A stretch of 64,000 nt of DNA from Podarcis bocagei (Eukaryota). How positions within the stretch are numbered: the first letter of the stretch is position 1; each line of letters starts with the position of its first letter. Where the stretch lies: assembly GCA_964188305.1 (NCBI GenBank), contig OZ076889.1, one strand, 5' to 3'. Made by a program: the position numbers and the translations under genes. Under the pieces are notes generated by a model. The model made no database searches. It saw only the letters and a list, made by a program, of their open reading frames with translations, and was not told the origin of the DNA. Positions 37,828 to 50,393 of this stretch are shown in pieces.

Positions 37828-40800
37828 AACATATTAGGAAGTGTTGAGGTTTCAGAATTGTGACTTACATTGCCCATATGCAAACATTCTGAATGAGAAA
37901 ATCCAAACATAAGTTTCTGCTTCCCATATTTTCATGGAGCAGAGTCTATATGAATTACTGCAGTCCTGATCCTATTCCATAGTTTAGCCCAAAATTGGGT
38001 CTTCATCATCACCAAACATGGCACCACTGCCTTACTCTTCAGAAGCCGATGGATCCTGATCAGAAACTGGCTTAAAACAACTTGCTATGCCAACAACTGT
38101 AAGATTTTTTTTTAACTCATTCTCCAGAGATCTAGTATAAGTTCAAATAAATATTTACAGAAGGTCATTAAGTGTGATGCTTTGAAAATAATCTGATTCA
38201 ATTCACTGGGACTTATTCCAAATTAAGTGTGCATAGCCCCAGGCTAGAGTCCTATGAATATTTACTTGGGGATAAGAACTCTGAATGCATTAGGATTTAC
38301 TTTTGAGTAAACACATGTAGGATCACGTTATTATTCAGCAATGAGTTGCCTTTGGGCAATGTTGTTAACTTGTTTTTATGATTTTAAATCTAACTTCATT
38401 TCAAATTAAATGGGTGGCTACCAAATCCCTTTCAGATGCAATAGTCAAAGATGCACCCATCTCCACCTCTGTGGCTGATCTTGATTTTTCCTAAGCACCC
38501 CCACCCCCCTTGATATGCAATTAATTACATCACCTTCTCAAAGACCATTACTTTCACTTTTTTTGTCTCATGGGGGGACACGAACATTTCTGTTTCAACC
38601 TAGTCTTCATGTTATAATTATTCATTCTTTCCATAGCATTGGAGTAAGTGGTTGTTTTTCATAGCAGCATACAACTTTCTTTTACATGATTTCACATTGT
38701 AAAAATATAGGGAAAATGATATAATGTTAGTATATATATATACTAATCCATTGAATGAGTGTCACTTTTTAGAAGATCTACTACTGTGCCAGAGATCAAA
38801 AGCTGTTACATTCATTTTCCAGTCCATATTGCTGGAATCGTGACTTCATTCAAAATCGGGGCTGGGAAAACCTTAGGTGAAATGTTAAGAAACATGGAAA
38901 GCCTGCAATCAGCAGCACCTAAATATAGTATACTGACTCTCGTAGTCTTTAATAGGGTCATCCATTATGCTATAACGATTATAGGGTGTCTGCCTTGAGT
39001 GGCTCCTTTCCCTTCAGTCTTAACACTTTGGGTCAGTCTCAAATGCCACCTTTTCTCAGCTGCTTCAGCATTAATCAGCCACCAAGTGGAAGAAATGGCT
39101 GCTTTTCCCAGGAGGCCACTAGCAATTGCATCCCAGATCTCCCATTGCCAAAATGTGGAAATCCATCAGTCCCAGCTATTAAGTGCTAATGAGAGCAAGG
39201 TTTCTGTGCATTTAATAGCTGTGTGGGAGCAGGGATTTCATCAGGTGATGCTTGTCTCACTTGTAGATGACAAACTGCCACCTTTCTATGCAACTGTGAA
39301 AGTACGCCAGCACAGTGTGCTTCTTTGCATCTTCCCCTTATTGGAGTTCATACAGGTGATGGCTTGCACCACTCTCCATTACTGGTGTACTATACATCTC
39401 AGTTCCATCACCTCCCTGTTAGTGAAAAAGATTCACATGCCCCAGAACGCTGTTCTCTTCCCTTTTTTTTTTTTGCGCTAGATTTGCAGTTATTAATGAC
39501 ACTGGGATTAGAAAACAAATGGCTTCTTGTGAATCTATACTGCCATTTTCTAACACGTGAACTTGTGCTACAGTGTTGTGATTATGCCTCTGAAGTTGTT
39601 GTGTTTGCTAATCTGCCATGAACCGGTCATAGTTGGAAGCTAGCTACTATGGGTCCTACCCAATGTCCATTTATTCAAATATTGCTTCTGTCTGATGGTG
39701 TGAGTGAAAGCAATTTGTGTGGCAGAACAGTCATCAAGGAAGAAATAAATTTGTGGCTAGCCAAAGGTTGAAGGGTATAGGTGACTCACCAGCTTCACTC
39801 AAACATCAAAGATAAAGAATAGAGATGAGCTGGATATGATTTGCTTAACAAACATTGTCATTTTCAGTCAAGCAAAGGTAGGTAAAGGTATCTTATTGCA
39901 GCCAAGCAATAAGATAATGAGTGCATGAAACTACACACACACACACAATGCATACAAACCAATGCATAAAACACCCCCTTCAAGGTGTTTTACATAAGGA
40001 TTTGCCTTCACTTTTTTAGCTTGCATGTCATACCATGGGTCAAGCTACTCGTATCCTTTCTATATAGCCCTCTAAGTGTTTAGGACAGGGCATACCAAGA
40101 GTTAGAGCATCACAAAACATATCACTACACCGCAGTTGAAAAAGCAGAAGTATCAGTGCAAATGATTAAAATGGAGCTGCCAGTAATTTCATCATAGACT
40201 TTATAAAATGCTGCAGTTACTGTGGGATGGAAACCATAGGCGTAGACAGGGATCATGCACTCTTAAACACTCAAATGTTTTGCAAATAAAAATAAACCCA
40301 AACAATAATTATTAGTTATGAGATAGGCACACTTAAGGAAATGTCTCAATTAGCATTCAACGTCTAGATATTAAGAGCTCATCTGGTGTTTAAGAGGGGC
40401 ATTTACTTAACTATTAGTTTGCCATTTAATTATTTAAGGCTAGTAATGATCAATATCCATGCTATTGCATTGATACTCCATGCCTGACATTGCCCAGTTT
40501 AGAAAGAAACAAAGAAACACCAAACCACAGCTGCCCTTTTCAAATATGCCGAATCTTTTAAGGGACTTTGCAGCTGGATTTTTCTACAAAAGTTTTATTT
40601 ATTTCAAGCCAAATGAACTGAAAGATCATATGTGAATATTAGATATAAGCAGCATAGTCTGCAACCTTACACACACTTAAGTCCTATAAATGTCTACTAC
40701 AAAATAGTCTCATTGGGTCAATGGAACTATACCTCTTATGGTAAGTGTTCATAGGATTACAGCCTTGCTGAGGATATAGACTATAAGGAATAATAATCGC

Positions 40801-41980
40801 TGATCATGTGACTGCAGTGCAAAGCAGTCATGTGCAGACAAATCATTTATCAACAACACAAATCTTCATACTCTCCTCAGAGGCATTGCTTTTCAGTGCT
40901 GTTGGAAATGCATCACTTTACATCCAGCACCACAAACAGAAATAGAACTCAACATATGCTATGGTATTCACTGGAGTCAATTTATTAATTTAGATGCTAA
41001 TCAAAGGATTATATACATATTTGAGTGGACCAGTCTAAAGATTTCCAAACAAATGTGGAAATTCACAAAATATAATCTTGCTATGAGTATCTAAGAAAAA
41101 GTCTAGTTCCTTATTCTGCATTTATTTCTTCTGTTGCTGCTTGCAATCTTTTCCCAGACTTGAAATCTCATCAGACTTGCTTTATGGTTTATTATTTCTC
41201 TTGGTTTATATCTGCAATATAAATATGCCCAATTAGGCTCGTCTAGTGTGCTATATTAAAGAAGACTAAAATGCAGACATATGGTCATCATCATCACAAT
41301 TCCCTGAGCAAGCAGCATTTATAATGGCTTAATATGCAGTTGTGACATTTACAGATCAGAAACTGTGGATGCATTTCAGTGTTGTGTCAATGGGTCATAA
41401 AAAATACATTAGCACTGTAAAAGGAATCGCACAGGAAGGTGACGAAGGAAGAACATGTTTAGATGCTGCCTGTTGGTTGCCCTCCTGTTAATTATGGCAC
41501 GGTATGCTGGAGAGGAAGTGAAAGAGCATTATTATTCAACGCATTTGCATGAACAGAATTAGAAGTCAACTGTGCATCGGGAACAAAGGGCATGCTTTAT
41601 AAGCAACTGTAAGGGAAGCAATTCCACCAAGAACTACTTGTTGCTGCAACCACTGTTGATTTGAATAGAGCAAACACATGAAACTTCCTTATTTTTCTGT
41701 CAGGGTTTGGTCCATCCTGCCCAGTGCTGGCAGCAGCTCTCCTAGGTCCTACTCAGGTCTGCTCCCTGAGATTGTTCTAACTAGAAATGGAGTCTTGGAT
41801 TGAACCTGAGAACTTCTGCCTAAACAACATGCATTGAATTACTGAGCTACTGCCTTCCCCCGATAAAGAAGGCTATGAGGGATTTATTTGATTGGTACTT
41901 TGAGTGTTTAAACTCCTTTTAGAATATCTCTATCATAAAAGAAGAAGGATTAGCAAGAGATTGGACAGAGGATGCATGCT

Positions 41981-42004
41981 GGGTGGGTGGGTGGGTGGGT
42001 GGGT
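41981..42004 (+). repeat. (GGGT)6 repeat, G-quadruplex-competent
   Basis: Six G3 tracts with 1-nt loops. Confidence 0.85.
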
Positions 42005-42494
42005 GGAAGGAAGAGAATGTATGCATAGGAAGAAATGTTTTAAAATGTGACATATGTACTTCTCGGTTAATTGTTGTCTGTGGCTAATAGTCACTTTGTT
42101 GTTGTTGTTGTTGTTGTTGTTTTAAAAAGGGAGACATTTGTCCTATTTCTATCTGTATTCACTTGCTTACGAGATTCCCCAGGAGCATGCTCCCATTGCT
42201 CTGCTATTTCCTCCTCGTGCTTTCAGCTTACCTTCCACAGATACGTTTGCTCAGTGTAATGGCATCATGTCTCATATTGGTATTTTGCTTTGGGCAACTA
42301 AGTGTTGCCTTTTTGTTAATGCGCAAGTTTTGTCCTGTTTGCTGCAAATATCATCATTGTATATAAACATGACCATTAATAATTCCAATTCAATAATAAT
42401 AATGACAACATATAGAGACTTTGTTCAGACAGTAATGCTTCCCCTTGCTATGCCCTGTCTGTCAGGAAAACTGCACCTTAAGGCACTCCAAAGG

Positions 42495-42641
42495 CAGGGC
42501 CGGCCCTAAGGCAATTGCCTCAGGCAGCAGGATCCACAGGGACAACAGATCCTGATACCAATGTTCACTCACCCCTTCTTCCCTGGGGTGGTGCCATTTT
42601 GTGGTTCGCCTCAGGGGCCAAAATGTCTTGGGCTGGCCCTG
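42495..42641. mobile_element. hAT MITE with perfect 8-bp TSD
   Basis: TIRs CAGGGCCGGCCC / GGGCTGGCCCTG; TSD TCCAAAGG at 42487-42494 and 42642-42649. Confidence 0.88.
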
Positions 42642-43065
42642 TCCAAAGGTATAAAATTACTTGGATACTGAATAACTGTGAGCCTGCAATCTGACAACAA
42701 ATTAAGTAGGCATTGATTCCAAAAAATCCCCATTGTATTTGTGTCTGTGTAACTGGGCACTTGAGCCCTGGTTAAGCATTCACCCAAATGCTTGTGTGGG
42801 TAGAAGTGGAGAGAGGTGGCAGTGCTTCTGGACATGCTGCCTTCACTTCAGAACTTCCTGCATTTGGAGAAGACTGTATCAGGGCTCATGAGCATGCTTA
42901 GCATCCCCCTTCAGACCCCTCCTCTCCACACAAAGGAGGTCTGAAATGCAGCTGGTCCACACGGGAAGGTTGGGATCAGGACTTGCATGCTCACCCCTGC
43001 CCTGCCTGCCCTCTTTAAGTGCACGCATGTTCACTCCGAAAGCCTGGAGAAAGCTAATATTGATA

Positions 43066-43155
43066 GCACAATCCTATGCATGTGTATTCAGAAGTAACTC
43101 CCACTGTGTTAATCTGGGCTTACTCCCATTTAGGGTGCATAGGATTGCCGCTTAA
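43066..43155. mobile_element. Short ~90-bp palindromic MITE, Harbinger-like; representative of about ten or more copies (e.g. near 9060, 14930, 15380, 31770, 32545, 38250, 40680, 43530, 46495, 53297, 62660)
   Basis: CACAATCCTATGCA...TGCATAGGATTG inverted ends with an AGTAAGTCCCATTG-like core recurring across the window. Confidence 0.7.
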
Positions 43156-44949
43156 AGCTTTGGGCTTCCATCCAAGAAAGTCATTTACATGCAAGTAATA
43201 CTCGGAATTTATATAGACGCTCAAAAGAGTTGCGTAGAAGTCAAGGGAAGAAATCAGTTGAGTTAAAGGAGTAGGCACTGCTGCAGAGAAATATTCAAAG
43301 ATCCTGTTATGTGCCTGTGATTGAGTTTATTTGAGCCAGGTTCACTGTCTCCAGTAATAAGTGGACTGGTGTATTTTGCCATCTCACAACAAAAAACTAA
43401 TGTGAGCATGGTAAACATAATGGGTTGGATCCAACAATGCCCTTCTGCCTACAGAGGGAGGCTTCTACTAACAGAATGGCTATTTCACATAGCACACAGA
43501 AGGTTTGTATGAGAAAGATGAAGCAAAGAGCACAATCCTAACCATTTCTACTCAGACGCCAGTCATGTTGAAAGCAATGGGGCTTGCTTCCAGGTAAATG
43601 GGGTTAGGATTGCAGCGTAAAACCAGAATTGTTATTCTTTTGGTGCAGCATCAAATTCAACCTCTTGCACAAGCTGGGGAACTGCTATAGAACCTACCAA
43701 TTTATAGCGCCACATGTATTTGCATAAAAGTGCTGTGTGCTATTTTCCTTCCACTCACTGTTCTTTGAATCTCAGCTCTATAGTTTGGATTCAAAGCAAT
43801 GATTACCAACGTATATACAGATTTTGGAAACACACAGAGCCACCTGTTACATAGAACTGTATGCCTGGTTTTCCATTATTCGCATAATTATTTATATCTT
43901 TTGAGTGTCGGTTACATGCACCCAGGAAGACTTCTGCATGGGCATCTCATCAGGGTTATGCCACAGTATAATTTTAGCGCTGAATTGGTGGTGTGATCTT
44001 TGGGCATATTCACATAGCTTTCAAGTCACATTCATAACATTCATGAAGCATAGATCTCCCAAGACTGTACCACCACTGTAGGTGGGGCAATAGCGTTTTC
44101 CTTCATGTGGAAAAGTGGCATATCAGGGAATGAGTTGGACTAGTAACCTTTTCTCTAACATGTTAAGTTTTCTGGAAGGGAATGCTCAGACATGTGATCC
44201 CATACCTGCTGTCTGTAGTGGAACAGTCCCAGAAAGTCTATACAGTACTGTAATTTTTTCTGAATGCATAGCTTGGATAAATCTGCACAATACACAAGTG
44301 CAAAATTCCACAGTCTAAAATGGTCTAGGTTTTCCTCTTTGACCATTGCACTTAAGCAGATTGCCAAAGGTTGGTGGACAGCATGTCTGGCTTTCTTATG
44401 TTCCCCATGAGGAAAGGGTGATGCCTCCCCCCCCCCCATGAGATTATATGCACCCCAGACTAGCAGCCTTGTGTGTGTTCTATCCTGCACACCAGAGTCT
44501 GTGGTAACCCTGGTAACATGAACATGGGAAGGTAATTTAAGCCTTCAGCTGGGAGCTGTAACACAGGTTGGTTTATACACAAGCTGGAAAACCAGCACAT
44601 TCAGTGTGCATAACTGCTGGCTGTGGGGGGCAAGCACTTAATTGCTTATAGGCTGCGTATAGAAAGCTAACCCTTTCAGGGAGGTGAGGGGATGAAGTCA
44701 CAGAGATTCACGACCAAAGAGGCAGGCCCACACTCAAGCCAAGTTCTTCAGTACATTTGCTGGTGAGTAATTACCATGGGTTTAGCAAATCTACTCACAA
44801 GTAAATGCACCGAGTACTGAAATTATCGGAGTTTAGGGGTGGGCGGGTTGAAGAACCAATGCTTTTATTTTTATTTTTATTTTTCCTCGTTGCTTGTCAT
44901 AACCAAGTCACATATACTGATTATGCTTTTCTCTTTCCACTCTTTGCAG

Positions 44950-45185
44950 CAAACGTATGTGACAATGAACTTCAGATTTGCCAGAATGGGGGAACGTGCC
45001 ACAACAACGTCCGCTGCCAGTGCCCCGCAGCCTACACTGGTGTGTTGTGTGAGAAGCAGAGTTGCGAAATGGACCCAGACGGTTGCAGTCAAAGCTCTGC
45101 GCAAGGGGCAATATCATTACCACGTGTTATACTCCTATTACCACTGATTGCTCCATTAGGATTAAGTGGGTTTCTCATATTCTAG
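44950..45185 (+). CDS. NTNG1: Netrin-G1 terminal coding exon: EGF-like domain plus GPI-anchor signal (NVCDNELQICQNGGTCHNNVRCQCPAAYTGVLCEKQSC...SSAQGAISLPRVILLLPLIAPLGLSGFLIF*)
   Basis: Acceptor tttccactctttgcAG; matches netrin-G1 NVCDNEL..CQNGGTCHNNVRC; small-residue omega region and hydrophobic tail; stop TAG 45183-45185. Confidence 0.97.
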
Positions 45186-46285
45186 GCAACCCAGCTTTGG
45201 AGGATCGACTTCAGACTGCTTAAAACAAAAAAAGAACATGCCACAGGAAATCTGAGGAAAAGAAATTGCAGCAGCAGCAAGCAGATGCTAATAAGTCTTT
45301 CAAAAACATAAAAGGGGGAAAACTAAAATCTCCACACATATATAGACTCTATAAAGGCCCAAACGAACTAAGCCATATCTATCTGTGGTGGACAACCCAG
45401 CGAGTCAAGACTGTTAATTTTCTGACTCAAGCTTAAGTCGGCAGCTGCCAATACTATTACTACTAAGTCACAGCTGCAAAAGCTTACACAGGATCGAAAA
45501 GGCTTTCGTAACCACCCCCAGATGGGAATACAAAAAAAGAAAGAAAGAAAGAAACTACAGAACCTTGCTCCTCCAATCTGGTGCGCAACTGTACCTCTTC
45601 CCAGTGTGTGGACCAACCAAATAGAGGCAATTCTTTGCTGTCAGTGCATTGTGGGTATAAGGAAATCTGTTTCAAAGCTGCCATATTGGCCTGCTTCAGC
45701 CCCTGAAATTCCCTTTCCAACTGTGCTTTAGTGAACGTTGCTCTGTAACCCTTGTTGGTTGAACGATTTCTTTGTCTGATGTTAGTAAATGCACATGTGT
45801 ACCAGCTCCCTCCTCAATAAATCTAAAGCCAGTCATACCCTTGTATATTTTAGAAGTACTGCATCAAGTTCATGCAGTGCTGACCTACTGTACAAGAGTG
45901 GCTATAGGACAAAAAAAAAGAGTGTATTTATCCTTTTGTATTCAAATGAAGTTATTTTTCTTGACTAACGTAAGACGTAGATTTTTTGTATTATTGCCAA
46001 TTTGTGTTAACAGACAATTTATTAATGTACTTTAATCCTAATCAGATTAAGGGGGGGGGAGTTATTTTTTATTTTCATCCTATTTTTTCTTTCTTTTTTT
46101 TCCTTTCACTTTTCATTTAATTGTGCAGAGATTTCTCTGTATGGGCAACGTGCTGGCATCAAAGAATATCAGTTTACATATTATAGCAAGTGTAATAAGA
46201 TTCCACCAAAGGACATTCTAAATGTTTTCTGTTGCTTTAACACTGGAAGATTTAAGAGAATAAAGATTCCTGCGTAAACAATTTC
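45186..46285 (+). other. NTNG1: NTNG1 3' UTR (end approximate)
   Basis: Repeat-free sequence after the stop with AATAAA at 45816-45821 and 46259-46264; MITE/LINE repeats resume after about 46490. Confidence 0.7.
46259..46264 (+). terminator. Probable main polyadenylation signal
   Basis: AATAAA at the end of the UTR-like block, followed by U-rich sequence. Confidence 0.6.
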
Positions 46286-46889
46286 AGGGATTAGTATTGC
46301 AATTTCTTAACTGCATTTTACCAGTTTGATGGAATAGAAATTCAAATGCAGAATTGTGCAAACACAATGAGATGGATGTGAAAGAAAACTCCCCAAATGA
46401 TTCAGAGACAGCAATTATGAGTGGCAAGGCCATGGTAGGTAATGTTTCAGCTGGCAGACAAGCTCAATTCATTTCCTTCAAATCAATTCAGTTTAGCTAC
46501 AATCATATACCAACTTACTTGGGAGCAAGCCCCATTGGCCTCAATGGGACTTACTTCTGAGTAGGATGCCTAGGATTACAAGTGTCAATATACTAATTAT
46601 AATTTCTGCTAACTAATTTATTCACAGTAATACGTACAACACATAACATACATGTATCAAAATAACTTTATAAAGCTGAAATGAAATCAATGTTCACAAT
46701 TCATATTTCAATGTTGATTTTTTTTAAGTCAAGCTCCAATATATGAAACTTACAAGTCAAAATATGACATGAAAAGTCAGCATTCAAATATTTGGACTGG
46801 TTAAATGAATGAAGGTAATATAAAGTACTTAAGTATAAGTAATCTATGCAAAACTGCCAAATACTGATTGCTACTATGTCAGATACAGT

Positions 46890-47240
46890 CAACTTATCTA
46901 ATTAATTAACTGTATAGCATGCCTTCAACAAAGAGGTTCCCAGGATAACTGACAAAAGATAAAAGAACAAAATGCTATCATAAACAATCAAAATGGTACT
47001 AGACTAGCAGTTTCTAGCAGCATTTATAACAGTTTGAAAAAGCCAAGAAAATGCAAGTTCCATCACTGCAAAGATGAAGGCACTAGGGAAATCCCCTGGG
47101 AAGGAATTTCCAAAGGCAGGGTGCCACAACCAAGAAGGCCATATTTCTAGTTCCCACTTATGAAGATTGAGGCACTCACAAGAGAACCTTTGTAGATACC
47201 TTCAGTGCATATACTGGTTGATACGGAATGAAGCACTTGT
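46890..47240 (-). mobile_element. Degraded L2 3' fragment
   Basis: GGGAAGGAATTTCCAAAGGCAGGGTGCCACAACCAAGAAGGCC resembles the same segment of the 12168-12935 copy. Confidence 0.6.
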
Positions 47241-49947
47241 TGCTGTTTATTGCCATGTGTTAGAAACTATCAAACACTGATTGGTATTGCATACCAGGTC
47301 TCCAGTACTGTTAAACACTGATGGATACATGTCAGCAACTGACTAGGGCTGAATGCCACTTGTCAGATATCAGATATATTGACTATTGTTGCAAAACCTT
47401 TGAGTGCCAGTGCTGAATTTTCAAGTATATGTCAAATATGTGCACATTAATATAATATCCGTGATCAAAAATTCTGAAAGCATTATTACTGGGGCGGGGT
47501 GGGGGCATTTTGCTATACACTTAAGCTAAAATAGATCTGTGGTTAATAGATGTGCGGTATGATTGCCAGCACTGTGGAGCAACAAATGTCTTGCAACCCC
47601 CCTGCCCCATAAGCATTCTGAGTACTTTGCTAGGTGATCTGTTTGCCCCCAATGTTAGACTCTGAATAGGTGCTACCAGGAAAATGATGTGCATGTTTTA
47701 TAGAGATAGTTAACTCAACGGATGCATATAAGTGAGATGCAAGATCTCACTTCTTAATGATACACTGCTACATGCCTCAACATAACAGGAGAAGCCTGCA
47801 CAGCACAAGGCTATGGTAGTATGATTTACACTACGATAGCCCTTCCGTGATCTACTTTCTCTGTGCAGTAAGAGATGGATCAGATGGACTCACATTTTTG
47901 CCATGTTTTGGGGAAAACAGCAGAACTGGGCTTGTGACACATCATTAGAATAAAATAGACTGAATATCGAAATATTGGGAGTGTTTGGACATACGTAGGT
48001 GAATAAAAACCATAATTGTCTGTATTTTATTGGAATGTGTTCAGAAGCCTGAAAGGCTTTCACAAATAGGCACTAGATGGAAATTATGGTGCTATAACAG
48101 CATGCTAGAAAGTAAAGTGGAATTCCCTGGTTTTTACAATAGCACTTGCTAAGTTTGCATGTAATGATGCTCCCCCAAATATTATCAATCCACTGCTGTT
48201 TAGAAGGCTGTCTGGCAGGCTTCCAGGTACATGCTAAACATTGCTTTCCTGTTGCATCAGGTATCCAGAGTTGCAGGTTCAAAACAATGAAGCAGCATAG
48301 CTTTATGAATCACCTATGGTCTAGTGTAGAGAAAATTTTGGTAGTAATGAATCGCATTCCCCAAACTCATGCACAGCTGGACATGCCCACCAAAAGTGGA
48401 AATATAAACCAATTTGAACACAGCTCTTCCAAGAGTGCTATGGTTTGAACGCCTTGTGGTGGTAACGAACCACGTACTAAGAACTTTACAGGACATCTTT
48501 GCCCCACAGTCATCTTTTCCAATACTTAAGCCTAAAATTCATCTTCTTAACTCAAATTTATTCTGCTGCAAAACATCTGGAGAAGGTTGACAGTAATGAA
48601 GTAGCTGTAGATCCCAACAGCCCATCATCTGAATATTCATATGCATCCCAAACCTTAGTATGCCTAAGGAAATGTATGGACAACCCCCACCCAATGCATA
48701 AAAGAGCACAGCTGCATGATTTAAGTTTTAATAAAGCCAGATTTAGTATTTAAAAAGAAGTGTCAAAATATACAGTAGCACGTAGTGGGGAAAGTGCTGC
48801 TCTAGCAAATAAAAGTTTGTTTAAAAGTATTGCCCAAGGTGTAATAAATTCTTGTTTCTGCCTTTTATTAGCCCAATTACCGCATGTGACAGCAAGAGAT
48901 GGAGCAAGGAGTGTAAGCAAAAAATACTTAACACAGCAATGTTTCAAAGACAAGGAAGAATCAAAAGGTGGCAACACAGGGCGAATTTGCTTAGGAGCAG
49001 ATATTCTATCACACATAATGCAAATATTTTACCAATATAATAGCCTCGAATGGAAAACAATTAATCAGCACAGACAGAAAGCCCAAGAGAATCCAGCTAT
49101 TTTGTTCCTTCCGGGCTCTGTATTCTCTGAATCAGGCAGTCTATAGTCTTTGAATCATCTTTGATAGACTTGCCTGCACCTCAAGGGAATAATGATTTGG
49201 CTGGCAAATACTCCCCAGGAACACCCACCAGGGGAGAAGTCTGTCTTATCAGTTTTGTTTCTCAGAAAGCCAATATAGAGAATGACAGTAGCAGTAAACT
49301 GGTGATATTTGTGGAGTCCTCCACAGCAGCACAGCTGATGGAATGTTTGTTATTTGCACCATCAGGCTTTTTGGGTGTACTGGAATAAGATAAGGCAAAG
49401 ATAAATTAAAGCTTTGGCTGACTGCCAGCAACGACCTACATGAAATTGTAGATTTACACCAGAAGCGCACTCATGATAATAAACAGAAAATTATATTGCA
49501 GCCTCACAGAGGAGTGTAAATGCAAATACAGCTGACTGACACATGGCACCAAGGATTACTTATAATTAAAGTGGATTTCTAATATTAAAATGTGGAATTT
49601 AAGCTGCCTGGAAATATATTAGAACAGACCAAAAAAACCAGGCTGTGTAATTATCAGAAAAGAAAATGCTCAGGAGGTAGGTTGTGCATGTTTGATTATA
49701 CAGGAATTTGCAAGCCAATGGCAAACTGCTATGAATTTCATACTTTGGCCATTTGACTAATTCAGCGTACCCTAAGGGGAGTCTCAACTTGTGTTTCTCT
49801 AACAAGAGTCTCCCACAGTTAATGGCAAACTGCCTTTGAAATGAAGAATTTCAAAAGCAGTTTGTGGGGTGGCATGAGGATTTGTCTTTCAAAGAAAAAG
49901 CCAAAAAACCCACAACCCCACTAGGCACATCCAATCCCGTGGACATA

Positions 49948-50393
49948 CAGTGGTGCCTCGCAAGACGAAAAGAATCCGTTCCGCGAGTCTCTTCGTCTTG
50001 CGGTCTTTTCGTCTTGCGAAGCAAGCCCATTAGCGGATTAGCGCTATTAGCGGCTTAGCAGGCTTAGCGGATCAGCTGATAAGCGGCTTAGCGGATCAGC
50101 TGATAAGCGGCTTAGCGGATCAGCTTTTAAGCGGCTTAGCGGATCAGCTGATAAGCGGCTTAGCAGATCAGCTGATAAGCGGCTTAGCGGCTTAGGATCA
50201 GCTGATAAGCGGCTTAGCAGCTTGGGGAAAAGGGGGGGAGGAAAAAAAAAACCTGCAGGAACTCGCAAGACATTTTCATCTTGCGAAGCAAGCCCATAGG
50301 AAATTTGTTTTGCGAAGCACCTCCAAAACGGAAAACCCTTTTGTCTAGCAGGTTTTCCGTCTTGCGAGGCCTTCGTCTTGCGGGGCACCACTG
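49948..50393. mobile_element. Tc1/mariner (Tigger/pogo-like) non-autonomous element with internal minisatellite
   Basis: TA TSD on both sides; TIRs CAGTGGTGCCTCGCAAGACGAA / TTCGTCTTGCGGGGCACCACTG; repeated subterminal TTCGTCTTGCG; CpG-rich. Confidence 0.92.
50030..50222. repeat. 24-bp minisatellite GCGGCTTAGCGGATCAGCTGATAA with 8-bp subunits
   Basis: Tandem copies visible; gives LSRLSADP repeats in a minus-strand ORF. Confidence 0.9.
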
